This document shows, in pieces, positions 19,068 through 28,398 of a stretch of DNA of 64,000 nt. This DNA is from a virus, in the IMG/VR virus record IMGVR_UViG_3300031159_000070, positions 32,001 through 96,000 of that record, one strand, 5' to 3'. A model generated the notes under the pieces. That model worked only from the letters and a program-made list of their open reading frames with translations. It was not told the DNA's origin and made no database searches. The first letter of the stretch is position 1; each line of letters opens with the position of its first letter. The translations under genes and the position numbers were made by a program.

Positions 19068-19273
19068 GGCATCTCTCTCCGTACACAGGGAAATGGGGCA
19101 CTCCGCAACCTGCAGCCTCAATGGAGTGCCCCGCCTGGATTTCTTCCTATGTCGATCAGTTGCTACTTCATGGCTCGCCTCCTGGTTCGATGATGTCTCG
19201 TCAACCTATTGGCGAGGAGTATAGTAGCACTGGTCTCCTGGGACACAAAGCCGCCTGTCCGGCTCGTCAACCG

Positions 19274-19897
19274 TTAGCTGATGATGGTGTAGCCGATATT
19301 CTGCAGCCCTTTGACGCGGTAGAGCGCGCCGTTCTGGCCAACGAACACGCGCAGGTTCCGGCCGCGCCGGTTGATCGTCCTGGCCGTGAACGTGTCGCCC
19401 ACGTAGCCGTCCGTGAAGCGTACCGGGCGATTGAGCTTGATCTTTGCGCCGTCGGACAAAGCGTTCCTCTTGGCCTTAGCTGCCGATTTCTTTTCCACGT
19501 TCTCAAGGCAGCGCCGCCGCCACTCGCCGGCATAGCCTTGGGTTTCATCGCGCAGGGGCGAGGCGGCAGCGATGATGCGCTTCGGGCAATCACACTCGAT
19601 CGGACCCATGGTTTCGTCCAGGTCCTTGTAGCCGAAGTTGTAATCCGAGCCTGAGCTGAGCTTCGTCAGGAACACGGCAATCCAGCGGATTGTGCCGTCG
19701 GGATCATTGACGTAGGTGTGGTGGGGTTCCCACGCGACACCTGGCTTCGGCTTGCGCTCGACCAGCATGTAAACCGTGCTGCCAGCCTCGGAGTGATCGA
19801 TCACCCGTTGCGTGATGCTCTCCGTCTCGTACTCGACTTCTTTTCTGACGATATCGATGCGCGAACGGCTCGCAGTCCGGAGGAATGTCCAACCCAT
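19274..19897 (-). CDS. DUF6927-like protein
   Basis: MGWTF...FGYKDLDETMGP..CDCPKRII...WRRRC. Confidence 0.7.
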   Translation of the reverse strand: MGWTFLRTASRSRIDIVRKEVEYETESITQRVIDHSEAGSTVYMLVERKPKPGVAWEPHHTYVNDPDGTIRWIAVFLTKLSSGSDYNFGYKDLDETMGPIECDCPKRIIAAASPLRDETQGYAGEWRRRCLENVEKKSAAKAKRNALSDGAKIKLNRPVRFTDGYVGDTFTARTINRRGRNLRVFVGQNGALYRVKGLQNIGYTIIS

Positions 19898-19993
19898 TGC
19901 TCGTACTCCAATCTGTAAGGGGTAAAGCCCCGCGACAGCAGGCTGGGGGGTTACCGCTGGCGCGGGGCAGGGCCGGGTGCCACGGAGAGAAAG

Positions 19994-20426
19994 CTACCCG
20001 GCATCGTTCCTGACGAAGCGCTTCCAGCCTTCGCCAGTGAATTTGCCGTCGAGCTCGTGCTCGATCTGTCGGGCGACGAGATCTGAGATGTCGTGCCATC
20101 CCCATGCCTTCTCGTCGTCGCACAGCACGTAGATCTGAGACGCGGGCACCGGGCTGTTCTTCAGATCGCCGTCTTCGGCATAGTCGCCGATGAGCGCAAT
20201 GCGATCGCCGGCCCAACGGCCGATTACCTGCTCATTCAGGCTCGGCAGTGGATTAAGATCGCCGCCACCGCGCGGCTCCGGCATCGCCGCGCACAGGATC
20301 AGCAACGCTGCACCGGTGCCTGGGTGATTGGCGACCTGCTCCCACAGCTTCAGACCGGCGCCGAGCTTGTGTGGATGGATGTACTCCCGGCGATCGAGGT
20401 TCACGACTTTCCAGTATTGGCCCATG
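19994..20426 (-). CDS. Conserved hypothetical protein
   Basis: MGQYWKVVNLDRREYI...KLWE...GRWAGDRIALIGDY; ACGGAGAG SD. Confidence 0.7.
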
Positions 20427-20635
20427 ACCACTCTCCGTACTTGGTGCCTCTTGACAAGAGACTCAGGTGTCGTCATCTTCCAGCCCAGCTTCGCTCTTTC
20501 CAAAAGGTGTCGTCGCCGGGCACCAAAGTTCGCAATGAAGGTCGGTCAAAAGCCGGCCTTCTCTCGTTTCGAGTGTCGTGATGATAGGTCGGAACGAGGC
20601 TGTCCGTCCAGTGACACTAGACCAGATCGGCTATG

Positions 20636-20659
20636 AAAAAGGCCGGCTGGGAGCCGGCC
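20636..20659 (-). terminator. Rho-independent terminator
   Basis: GGCCGGCT-ccc-AGCCGGCC followed by UUUUU on minus strand. Confidence 0.75.
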
Positions 20660-20684
20660 ATCGGGGCTTGCGGAGGCGGAAGAG

Positions 20685-20927
20685 CTAGCAGATTGGATCT
20701 GCTAGCGTCCAGCCGTTGCCATTGCATCGCGGGCATAAATCGCCAGAACGGCTGATCATCTCGATTGTTTTCGGCTTGCTTCTCTTCTTGTAGACAGTGC
20801 GGATCGTTCGGATCGGTGCTCCTGTTACCCGGCCGATGCCTCGGCAGCACACGCACGTCCTGGCCGGCACTTCCACCGGTCCATCTGCTGTCCTGATGCA
20901 CGCAACGAATCTGGCCATCACACTCAA
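20685..20927 (-). CDS. DnaJ-type Zn-finger small protein
   Basis: CVCCRGIG and CPRCNGNG motifs; start uncertain. Confidence 0.5.
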   Translation of the reverse strand: MSVMARFVACIRTADGPVEVPARTCVCCRGIGRVTGAPIRTIRTVYKKRSKPKTIEMISRSGDLCPRCNGNGWTLADPIC

Positions 20928-21043
20928 CCACCGCAGAAACGTGGCTAGTCAGCATGACTAGCCAGGATAAATCTACTCTCACCAAGCACAATTTGACAAT
21001 GCGCAAGGCTAGAGGCGAGAGTGTGGCCAGATTGTGAAAAAGC

Positions 21044-21298
21044 TCAGGAGTCGAGTTTCTGTGGTCGGATAAAAACCACACCGTCCTCCACGCTCGTGAC
21101 CTCGAGCTGGCCGGACTTGATAAGCTCAGTCACGGCGAAGTCGCATGGCGTCTGCCGCAACTCGTCGACATCCTCGATCCGGATCACGGCAGCGTTGATG
21201 GGGCCGGTTACTTCGATGATGACGTTTTCTGGCACCCCTGCATCGATGAGCATGCGTTTCGCCATACCTTTACTCTCCCCTAGAGCGCGCACACACAC
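21044..21298 (-). CDS. Hypothetical protein
   Basis: Co-oriented; likely start MAKRML. Confidence 0.5.
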   Translation of the reverse strand: MCVRALGESKGMAKRMLIDAGVPENVIIEVTGPINAAVIRIEDVDELRQTPCDFAVTELIKSGQLEVTSVEDGVVFIRPQKLDS

Positions 21299-21310
21299 AA
21301 AGAAAATGCT

Positions 21311-21778
21311 TCATTCGGAAGTGAAGAGCCCGTCGGGCTCTGCCTCGATCACATCGGCGATCGTTTCAAAGGAGACCCCTGCATCGTTGAGGGTTGCGAG
21401 CGACACGTCGCTGGTCTGAATCAGGAATTTCGCGTCATCGCTTTGCGTGCTGTCAATAATCCGTTTGGCGAGGTGCGGCGCTTTTTTCTCCAGCGATGCC
21501 CAAGAGAACGAGCCGATATCGTCGTTCAACCCAAGGGCGACCCGACCACCTTCCGTAAGGACATCTGAGCTGTAGTCTTCTTCTCCGCGGACGCGGCAGC
21601 GCATCACGCCGCGGGTTTGCGAGGGGATGATTTCTGTATCCGGAATGACTGTGTAGGCGAGTCCCAGGCAGCAATAGTGGCGGTTTCCGTCCTGCTCTGA
21701 GATAAGGGCACCGATCCCTTGCCGATGCCGGCCAGAGCGCAACTTTGCAACCCATGCTCTTGCGATCTGGTTCATCAT
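21311..21778 (-). CDS. Conserved phage hypothetical protein
   Basis: WVAKLRSG..QG.G.L...YCCLG...LNDAG.SF.TIADVIE. Confidence 0.7.
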   Translation of the reverse strand: MMNQIARAWVAKLRSGRHRQGIGALISEQDGNRHYCCLGLAYTVIPDTEIIPSQTRGVMRCRVRGEEDYSSDVLTEGGRVALGLNDDIGSFSWASLEKKAPHLAKRIIDSTQSDDAKFLIQTSDVSLATLNDAGVSFETIADVIEAEPDGLFTSE

Positions 21779-21859
21779 GAACCTGCCCAGCTTGACTTGA
21801 CTACAGTATTCTACCTCGGATGATCCGGGCAATTGGTATGTGGCATGATCGTCATGCGG

Positions 21860-22468
21860 CTAAGAAGTCGCGGTTGGCAGATCGCCGATCTTGACGGTTC
21901 GCGGTTCAGCAAAGGCTACAGCCCAAACCCACGGGTTTTGGTGCCAGGCCTCGCGGCCGTGAAGGTTCGTCCAAATGCGGATGAAATCATCTATGTCCTT
22001 CGCACCTTCGAGCTTGGCGTCGTGCTCGTTGATGAACTGCAGTCGCTCCGCTATCACGGCATTGCACTCCATCGCGATGCGCGAGGCATTCTTCGGCATG
22101 AAACGGGTCGGCACCACGCCGAGCGGCCAGCGCTCAGGCGTTGGCGTTTCGATTTCACACGCCACCTCTTCACCATCGGCAGCATAGCGCCACTTGCGCG
22201 CCGCCAAATCGTATCTCAGAGTCTCTTTCACCCACAGCAGGTCGCCCGGGCGATAGGGCGCGGTGACCGGTCCGAAAACCCGCTTCTGACCTTTCGCCAG
22301 AAACTCGAACTTGCCGTGGAACTTGCCGTCGTCGTCCAAAACGATTGGCGCCGCGAGGGCTTCCGGCGGCGGCTGGTCCTTCAGGATGCGGCGCGTCATG
22401 CGCTTGCGGCCGTCGAGCAGCGCGCGCACCATCTCACCGCTGAACGGAATCCCGATCGTCCTCGCCAT
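21860..22468 (-). CDS. ASCH/PUA-like phage protein
   Basis: PFSGEMVRALLDGRKRMTRR...PGDLLWVKET...FMPKNASRI...NPWVWAVAF. Confidence 0.8.
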   Translation of the reverse strand: MARTIGIPFSGEMVRALLDGRKRMTRRILKDQPPPEALAAPIVLDDDGKFHGKFEFLAKGQKRVFGPVTAPYRPGDLLWVKETLRYDLAARKWRYAADGEEVACEIETPTPERWPLGVVPTRFMPKNASRIAMECNAVIAERLQFINEHDAKLEGAKDIDDFIRIWTNLHGREAWHQNPWVWAVAFAEPRTVKIGDLPTATS

Positions 22469-22600
22469 TGCTTTTTTCCTCGTCAGCGTCTGCGATGGCT
22501 TCGATCGCCGCCCGGGCGCGCCGCGTCAGGTAGTGGTCAGGGCCCAGCCCGAAGGCGAGCTCGGCAACGTCGTCCTCGCTGATCTCGATCGTGGCCCGCT

Positions 22601-22843
22601 TCATGCGGGATCGATTTCCTTGCCTTGGCGGATCATCTCACGGACACGGGCTTCGAGCTCCAAGCCGCGCTTTTCATAGGCCCTCAGTTCTTCCATTAAG
22701 CCGTCCCACCACGCTTCGCTTTTGGCGCGCTCTTCGCGGAACTTCCTTTTGCTGTATTCGGCCAGCATGTAGCAAACGAGCCAAACGACGAGTAATCCGA
22801 CCTGAAAGGCGACCAGCCAGGTCGCCACTTCCTTGCACGTCAT
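22601..22843 (-). CDS. Membrane-anchored hypothetical protein
   Basis: N-terminal TM plus coiled coil. Confidence 0.55.
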   Translation of the reverse strand: MTCKEVATWLVAFQVGLLVVWLVCYMLAEYSKRKFREERAKSEAWWDGLMEELRAYEKRGLELEARVREMIRQGKEIDPA

Positions 22844-22845
22844 GC

Positions 22846-23664
22846 CTACCTCACGACGGCACTGGTGCTTTCGAAGATGCGCGCACCTTTGAGCTCCCGC
22901 CCGCCAGCGCGGATGTAAAGCCGGATCGCCTTCTCGATCTCAGTCCTCGCCAGATATGGACGGAGGACTTCGAGGTCGATCTCGCCGATATTCGTGATCT
23001 CGAACATCCATTCCGATCTCAGCGTCGAGGTGCCGGCCGACGTCCGCGTGCGGGCGAGATCGGCCGGCTTGGCTTGCGCGGCGGCTTCGGCGCGGGCGGC
23101 TTGCTGTGCGGCGACATTGGCCTGCGCCTGCAGCTGCTGCGCATTGGCTGTGTGCTTCATTGCCTTCGCGAGCTGCTTGGCGTTCTCAGCCTTTGCCGCT
23201 TCGATCGCAGCCTTTGTCTGCGCTTCCTGTGCGCGTTTGCGTTCGGCCTCGGCAGTCTTCTCACGGGCGATGCGCTCGGCTTCCGCCTTGGCGTCGAGAT
23301 AGACCCTGATCCGACCAAGGAGGACATCGATCGCTTTGTCGAGCCGGCCTTTGATGTCACCAAAGAACTCGTCGACTGCCCTGCCGCGGGCGAGATGCGG
23401 TTCTTTCTCCTCCTTGCGCGCGGCCTCGGCGGCTTTCAGCTCCTCACGAAGTTTCTTGACGATCTCGACGCTGGCGTTATGCGCCTTATCGTCCTCGATC
23501 TTCTTCGGCAGGACCCGGGCCTCATTGAGCAAGCCGGAAACCTTCAGGTTGAAGTCCTGATAGTTCTTCGCGAGGTGCTCGCGAACTTCCTCGGCAAGAT
23601 CGACCGGTCCTTTATTGTGGCCCATACCGGCCGGCGCCGGCGCGGTGGCGGTTGCCATGGTCAT
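22846..23664 (-). CDS. Coiled-coil protein with Gp157/Gam-like architecture
   Basis: GMGHNKGP start, long Ala/Glu/Lys coiled coil, C-terminal W.FEI...GGRELKGARIF. Confidence 0.6.
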   Translation of the reverse strand: MTMATATAPAPAGMGHNKGPVDLAEEVREHLAKNYQDFNLKVSGLLNEARVLPKKIEDDKAHNASVEIVKKLREELKAAEAARKEEKEPHLARGRAVDEFFGDIKGRLDKAIDVLLGRIRVYLDAKAEAERIAREKTAEAERKRAQEAQTKAAIEAAKAENAKQLAKAMKHTANAQQLQAQANVAAQQAARAEAAAQAKPADLARTRTSAGTSTLRSEWMFEITNIGEIDLEVLRPYLARTEIEKAIRLYIRAGGRELKGARIFESTSAVVR

Positions 23665-24152
23665 TGCTGCTGCTCCTGTGCTGTCGCGTTTTGTTTCTCG
23701 GTCTCCGCGACGCGATCTTTCTCGTGCTCAGCCTCGGCCCAGGCGACGGCCTGATTGGTCAGATCGTCGATAGTTTCCGCGTAAATCCAGTTCGTGCGGT
23801 AGTGACCCCACGAGAACGTGTAGCCCCTGTCCTTGTGATTGGACGTGACGGGCGTTGCGATCTTGGCGAGGAAGCCGTTGCGCCGATTGAAGGCAAAGCG
23901 CGAGGCAAGCTCTTCGGCGAAGTCGGACCTGTTCAGGTTCTCTTCCGCCGCCAGCTCAAGCGTCGTTTTCAGCTCAGGAAGGTTCTCAATCTCGACTGAT
24001 TCATAATCGAAAACCTCTTCGATGAACTCCTCGAATGACGGCACGTCGAGATGAGTGTCAGTCGTAACGAGACCTGGCAGCCAGATCAGATGATCGATCC
24101 GGACGGTGGCATTATCCAGCTCCTCGGCGTAGTCACGCGGCTTGTCTGTCAT
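23661..24152 (-). CDS. Hypothetical acidic protein
   Basis: FSWGHYRTNWIYAET; operator-like site upstream. Confidence 0.65.
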   Translation of the reverse strand: MTDKPRDYAEELDNATVRIDHLIWLPGLVTTDTHLDVPSFEEFIEEVFDYESVEIENLPELKTTLELAAEENLNRSDFAEELASRFAFNRRNGFLAKIATPVTSNHKDRGYTFSWGHYRTNWIYAETIDDLTNQAVAWAEAEHEKDRVAETEKQNATAQEQQQ

Positions 24153-24215
24153 TGGGATCACCCTGAAGATCTGATTGGTTATGATCTCATAAGGCAATCC
24201 TTTGGACAAGCTACA

Positions 24216-24452
24216 CTAGACCATTCGTGCACGCAAAAACCAGTCGGGCACCGGGAAGCCTCTGGCCTTCAGGACATCGACGGCGACCTTCTCGGGCTCG
24301 CGCTCGAACACATCGGCCACGAGCTGCGTGCTGATGAGCGTGGCGATAACCTCCGGGTCGCGTTCCTCCGGCTCATCGTTGAGCGCGATCCACTGCACGG
24401 CCATCGTGTAGTGGTTCGGTCGCCGCTTAGGCGGCGGGAGCGTCTGCAGCAT
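24216..24452 (-). CDS. Hypothetical protein
   Basis: AVQWIALNDE motif; GGAGG SD. Confidence 0.6.
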   Translation of the reverse strand: MLQTLPPPKRRPNHYTMAVQWIALNDEPEERDPEVIATLISTQLVADVFEREPEKVAVDVLKARGFPVPDWFLRARMV

Positions 24453-24993
24453 TCGCTTCCTCCATGAGCTTTACGTCTTCGAACGGGATGAGGTAGCCAG
24501 TTCCCTTGCCGGCTTGGTCCGGCAGCTCGGCCAGGAATTTGTCCGTTGCCACGATGTATTGCGCGAGTTCGGGATTGATGCCGACGATGGGGCCGACACC
24601 CACGTGCGGCGTCGACACGACGTCGCCGATCTTGAGCTTCGGCGTGATGCCGCTGGCTTTTACCCAGGCGCGCACGAGATTTTCGTGCTCCAGATAGACA
24701 AGATAGTCCGCACGGTCGAGCATCTCGCACAACTCGAAATCGCAGGCCCAGCCTTTGCGCTCGAGATAGCGGGCGATGTGATAGCCGTCGCGCTCGTCGC
24801 AATTCTCGATTGCCTCGGCGAGATCGTCGAGCACCCTTGCTTCGTCATGCCTGCTGCCGTCCTGTTTGAGCCAGTCCATCACTTCGGGCAGCAGCTTGCG
24901 GGCGACGTCGCAATAGATCGTCTCGGCCGTCCGCGATGGCCGCGGCGGCGGGTTCGGTTGCTCGATAGGTGCAAAGGGCAGCTCGTCCGTCAT
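24427..24993 (-). CDS. Hypothetical protein
   Basis: DGYHIARYLE..GW; GGAGG SD. Confidence 0.7.
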   Translation of the reverse strand: MTDELPFAPIEQPNPPPRPSRTAETIYCDVARKLLPEVMDWLKQDGSRHDEARVLDDLAEAIENCDERDGYHIARYLERKGWACDFELCEMLDRADYLVYLEHENLVRAWVKASGITPKLKIGDVVSTPHVGVGPIVGINPELAQYIVATDKFLAELPDQAGKGTGYLIPFEDVKLMEEANAADAPAA

Positions 24994-25226
24994 GGCGTCC
25001 TCCGATAAGGATCGAACTTCTCAAAGCGGCCGTCGTCGAACTCGGCTTCGGGGCGCACCCACACGAGCCCGTCGCTGCTCTGGTAGATGACGACGGGCGT
25101 CAGGTCCTTTTCCATGCAGCCGCGATGCAGCTCGCGATAGAGGCCGCCGGTCTTCACGTGGCGATGCGTCGGCTGATAATCGCTGCGCCAGGGCGTGCTC
25201 CAAAAGCCGTCGTGCTCGTTACTCAT
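24990..25226 (-). CDS. DUF1653-like protein
   Basis: HRHVKTGGLY...VVIYQS..G.VWVRP..EF.DGRF. Confidence 0.75.
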   Translation of the reverse strand: MSNEHDGFWSTPWRSDYQPTHRHVKTGGLYRELHRGCMEKDLTPVVIYQSSDGLVWVRPEAEFDDGRFEKFDPYRRTP

Positions 25227-25459
25227 GTGCGTTTGTTCCAGTGCTCAACAGCGCGCTCTTCGCACCAACTCATATCCTCCCGCACCGCTGCCACCGTCAT
25301 ACCCTTGCAGCATCCGCGCGTTCTGCAGCGCACGGTGACTTCGCGAGTTTCCGTGTGATCGTTTCCCCGGTGTATCAGGCCAGCTTGCCCGCCGCAGAAT
25401 GGGCAAGGCTTCAATTCGTCAAGCGGTTCGCCTGACCATTTCTTTTCTGCGTAGTACAT
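25223..25459 (-). CDS. Lar-family restriction alleviation-like protein
   Basis: LKPCPFCGG...C...C...AVEHWNKR. Confidence 0.75.
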   Translation of the reverse strand: MYYAEKKWSGEPLDELKPCPFCGGQAGLIHRGNDHTETREVTVRCRTRGCCKGMTVAAVREDMSWCEERAVEHWNKRT

Positions 25460-25475
25460 GCTCTTCCTCTTCCTC

Positions 25476-26096
25476 TCAGTTCACCAAACTTGCCACATGC
25501 GCCGTGATCTGGCTGCCGAACGCAACCGCGGCCGGCGCGTCGAGCCAGAAGGCATGGATCGTCGACACAGCGCCGGCGAGCCCTATGAGACCGCTCGCCG
25601 TCAGCAGCAGCTTGCGGCTGGACACGATCGCGACTGATGCCAGCACGATCGCGATCTGCAGCAAGCCTTGCCCCTGATCGAACAGCGGGTCCTGTGAGCG
25701 CGCGAGATCGCGGCGCGCTTCGGCCGCCTTGCCTCTGGTGAACAGCTCAGTGATACCTTCGCCGGTGTCCGGCTCGCTCGTCAGCTCATCGGCCTTGGCG
25801 CGATATCGCGTGAGCCTGTCGAGGATCTGCTCGCGCGCTGCGCTCATGCCTTCGAGGGCGAGCTGCGTCTCGAGCTCCTCGATCTTGATGCTCAACACGT
25901 CGCGGCGGATGTTTTTGGCCTGGAACCAGGCCCACGTGTTGGCCGCTTCGATGCCGGCGCTGTTGGCGATTTTGGCCGCGCGATCGTCGCCGATGCTGGC
26001 GATGGCGAGGATCAGAGATAGCCCGCCGATGTAGGCCGCGATCCAGCGATCGCGCGGCGAGCTGTTTTCCATGACGGCCTCGCGCAGCTTAGACAC
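25476..26096 (-). CDS. DUF4337-like membrane protein
   Basis: AANTWAWFQAKNIR; LLQIAIVLASVAI. Confidence 0.75.
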   Translation of the reverse strand: MSKLREAVMENSSPRDRWIAAYIGGLSLILAIASIGDDRAAKIANSAGIEAANTWAWFQAKNIRRDVLSIKIEELETQLALEGMSAAREQILDRLTRYRAKADELTSEPDTGEGITELFTRGKAAEARRDLARSQDPLFDQGQGLLQIAIVLASVAIVSSRKLLLTASGLIGLAGAVSTIHAFWLDAPAAVAFGSQITAHVASLVN

Positions 26097-26361
26097 TTGC
26101 TCCTCCGGTCTCGAGCCGCGCGATCTCGGCGTCGAACTGTCGGCACAACTCGTGCGCTTCCTCGGGCTCGAGCCAGTTGGACATCTGCGGAAAGATTGTT
26201 TTCCAGATCCTGACGAGCCGCGGCTCGAATGGCATGGTTTCAGCTGAGCGCAGCTGATCGAGGACCTTCTGCATGGTGCGCCGCACGTCCGCCGGGTCCG
26301 GCGTCAAGATGGGCGGCGTCGGTGCGCCAAAGAGATCGGGCTGATTGTGATGGTGTCTCAT
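26089..26361 (-). CDS. Hypothetical protein
   Basis: QPDLFG...IFPQMSNWL.PEEA. Confidence 0.65.
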   Translation of the reverse strand: MRHHHNQPDLFGAPTPPILTPDPADVRRTMQKVLDQLRSAETMPFEPRLVRIWKTIFPQMSNWLEPEEAHELCRQFDAEIARLETGGASV

Positions 26362-27251
26362 CGTGGATTAGGAGCGTGCTGGTCGTAACAAGCGCAAAGC
26401 TCGCTGAGCTTCTTTTGGTAATGCTCTACTCTCTCGCGATCACCACGATCTGCCCAAAATCTCAGCCAATGCTTGGTTCGCCCAATATCGACTTTGAGCT
26501 TGAACGCTTTGTCGCGATGCAACCTGATCATGCGTTTTCGCCCGCGCTCTTTGTGTTCCATCAAGAATCTTGGGTCCGCATCTCTTCTTTTGATCCCTTT
26601 GGCGAGAGCTTCTCGATAGTCTGGTCTGATGATAGTTCTTGTTCTGGCTGCGTCTTGAGCTGCTCTGAACGACGGATCGCGATTTAGAGCTGCCATCGTT
26701 CTGCTAGCGGCTCGAGATTGTGCGATAGCGAACTCAGGCTTTTGCCGCATGAGCTGAAACCGCAGACGACTTTCTCGCTTGTAGTCTGGGTCAATACGAA
26801 GTGCTTCGCGCGCTTTTCGAAGGCGCTCGCGAGTAGCGGCTGCGAACTCTGGCTGCTGGTGAAGCTGCTTCATTCGTTCGCTGGCATGCCTGTAGGCTGC
26901 CGCTCTTTTCATCGGGTCGATAAGAAGTACACCATCTCCTCCAGCAGTTGCATTATAGAGATGGCATTTTTTCCGCAGCTGACTTATGAACTTCTTCTCT
27001 TCTTGCTTTGCCTGATCGGCCGTTAGATTGCTTGCCAGAACAACGAACTCAAAGGCTTCGAACCCATACTTGCGAATGGCTCTGTAAAACGGCCAATCGA
27101 CGTTGTTCTTGGCGGCTTGTTGATGATCGCGGTTCCGCCTTTTCGGCCGACAAGTGATGCCCACGTACTTGATGTGACCGAAGTCAGGATGAGCTTTTTG
27201 CACCATCCGGTAGCCATAAACGATCCAGTTTTGGACGATCTTCTGGCTCAT
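26358..27251 (-). CDS. GIY-YIG homing endonuclease-like protein with basic C-terminal repeats
   Basis: IVYGY...YVGIT...R...H...FYRAIRKYG...E..FI...YN.TAGGDG; visibly more AT-rich than flanks. Confidence 0.85.
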   Translation of the reverse strand: MSQKIVQNWIVYGYRMVQKAHPDFGHIKYVGITCRPKRRNRDHQQAAKNNVDWPFYRAIRKYGFEAFEFVVLASNLTADQAKQEEKKFISQLRKKCHLYNATAGGDGVLLIDPMKRAAAYRHASERMKQLHQQPEFAAATRERLRKAREALRIDPDYKRESRLRFQLMRQKPEFAIAQSRAASRTMAALNRDPSFRAAQDAARTRTIIRPDYREALAKGIKRRDADPRFLMEHKERGRKRMIRLHRDKAFKLKVDIGRTKHWLRFWADRGDRERVEHYQKKLSELCACYDQHAPNPR

Positions 27252-27254
27252 GGC

Positions 27255-27695
27255 CTACTCCAGCGCCGGCTCGTAGATCGAGAACGTGTAGACTTCCTCG
27301 ATCAGCGGCTCGTCGTAGATGTACTCTGTCGTCGGCGTCTGATCGCCGATGTAGCGGCCCCACTTGTGCCAGCGCCAGCCGTCCCGGGCCGGCTGCTCAT
27401 CGCGTCGAATACGCACAAAGCTGGCGAAGACCTTCTCGGGAGAATCCCGCAGCCCCAGCCGCTCGACAGCCTGTTCCGGCGTGTCGCAGACGCCGTGATC
27501 TATGGCGAGACGGTGCTTGACCGGCACGAGGTCTTCGAGCGACCAGTGCGTTGCAAGGTACATGCCCTGGCCGATGCGCTTCGGGATAATGATGTCGTCG
27601 GCCGGATCGATGAGCTTTCCGGTCGACACCGCGCCAAGGATCATGGCGAGGAACGGATCTGGTTTCTTGAATGTCACGTCGACAAGCATCGTCAT
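27255..27695 (-). CDS. Conserved phage hypothetical protein
   Basis: GVCDTPEQ; GWRWHKWGRYIG; AGGAG SD. Confidence 0.75.
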   Translation of the reverse strand: MTMLVDVTFKKPDPFLAMILGAVSTGKLIDPADDIIIPKRIGQGMYLATHWSLEDLVPVKHRLAIDHGVCDTPEQAVERLGLRDSPEKVFASFVRIRRDEQPARDGWRWHKWGRYIGDQTPTTEYIYDEPLIEEVYTFSIYEPALE

Positions 27696-27829
27696 ACTCC
27701 TGATCGCAGTAGACAAGCTACACTAGACATCGCAGTCATGCAAATTGAAGCTCGTGGGCCGAAGCCCCGGCAGCATGTTGGTCGTCTCTAGTTCGTAGAG
27801 GATAAGGGGCTCCAGGCCCCAGGTTTGCG

Positions 27830-28312
27830 CTACAGGTAGCGCGCGACGTATTCGCCCGACAGCATTGTATCATGAATGCGCCGTGCGTCGTCTGTGCACC
27901 CCATCTCCCGCACACGACGGAGAGCGTCATCGCGGGTCAGATCCTCCACGCGGGGAGTATGGTGCTGAAACGCGCCGCGACGCCCGCCATTACTGATGGC
28001 GCGGGACCAGCGGCTGCCCGACCAAACGATGTACTCGGTCTCGAACGCCAGTTGGTTTACCCAGTACATGGTAGCGGGGAACAGCCTTTCGACGGCATCG
28101 CTTTCGCCCCATGCCAAGGCAAGCGCGGCAGCGTAATTCTCTGGTACTTCGCGCGTGCCGAACTCTGGTCCGCCGTCTCCCCATGCGCCGCGATAGCCGC
28201 CATTTCGCACAGAGTACCGCCACGTTCCGTCGCTCGTCATGGACAAGCGTTCGCAGTGGAACTCGTGCTCGCGGGTGATGCTGCGGGAGCCGCGTCCTGG
28301 ATGATTGACCAT
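27830..28312 (-). CDS. Hypothetical protein
   Basis: MVNHPGR start; AGGAG SD. Confidence 0.55.
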   Translation of the reverse strand: MVNHPGRGSRSITREHEFHCERLSMTSDGTWRYSVRNGGYRGAWGDGGPEFGTREVPENYAAALALAWGESDAVERLFPATMYWVNQLAFETEYIVWSGSRWSRAISNGGRRGAFQHHTPRVEDLTRDDALRRVREMGCTDDARRIHDTMLSGEYVARYL

Positions 28313-28398
28313 TTCCATTCTCCTGCCCCTGATCCCCGAGGCGCGGGTTGACGATAAGATGTTACCACTCCGCACACTGGTTATCCAAGCGGGTCGAT

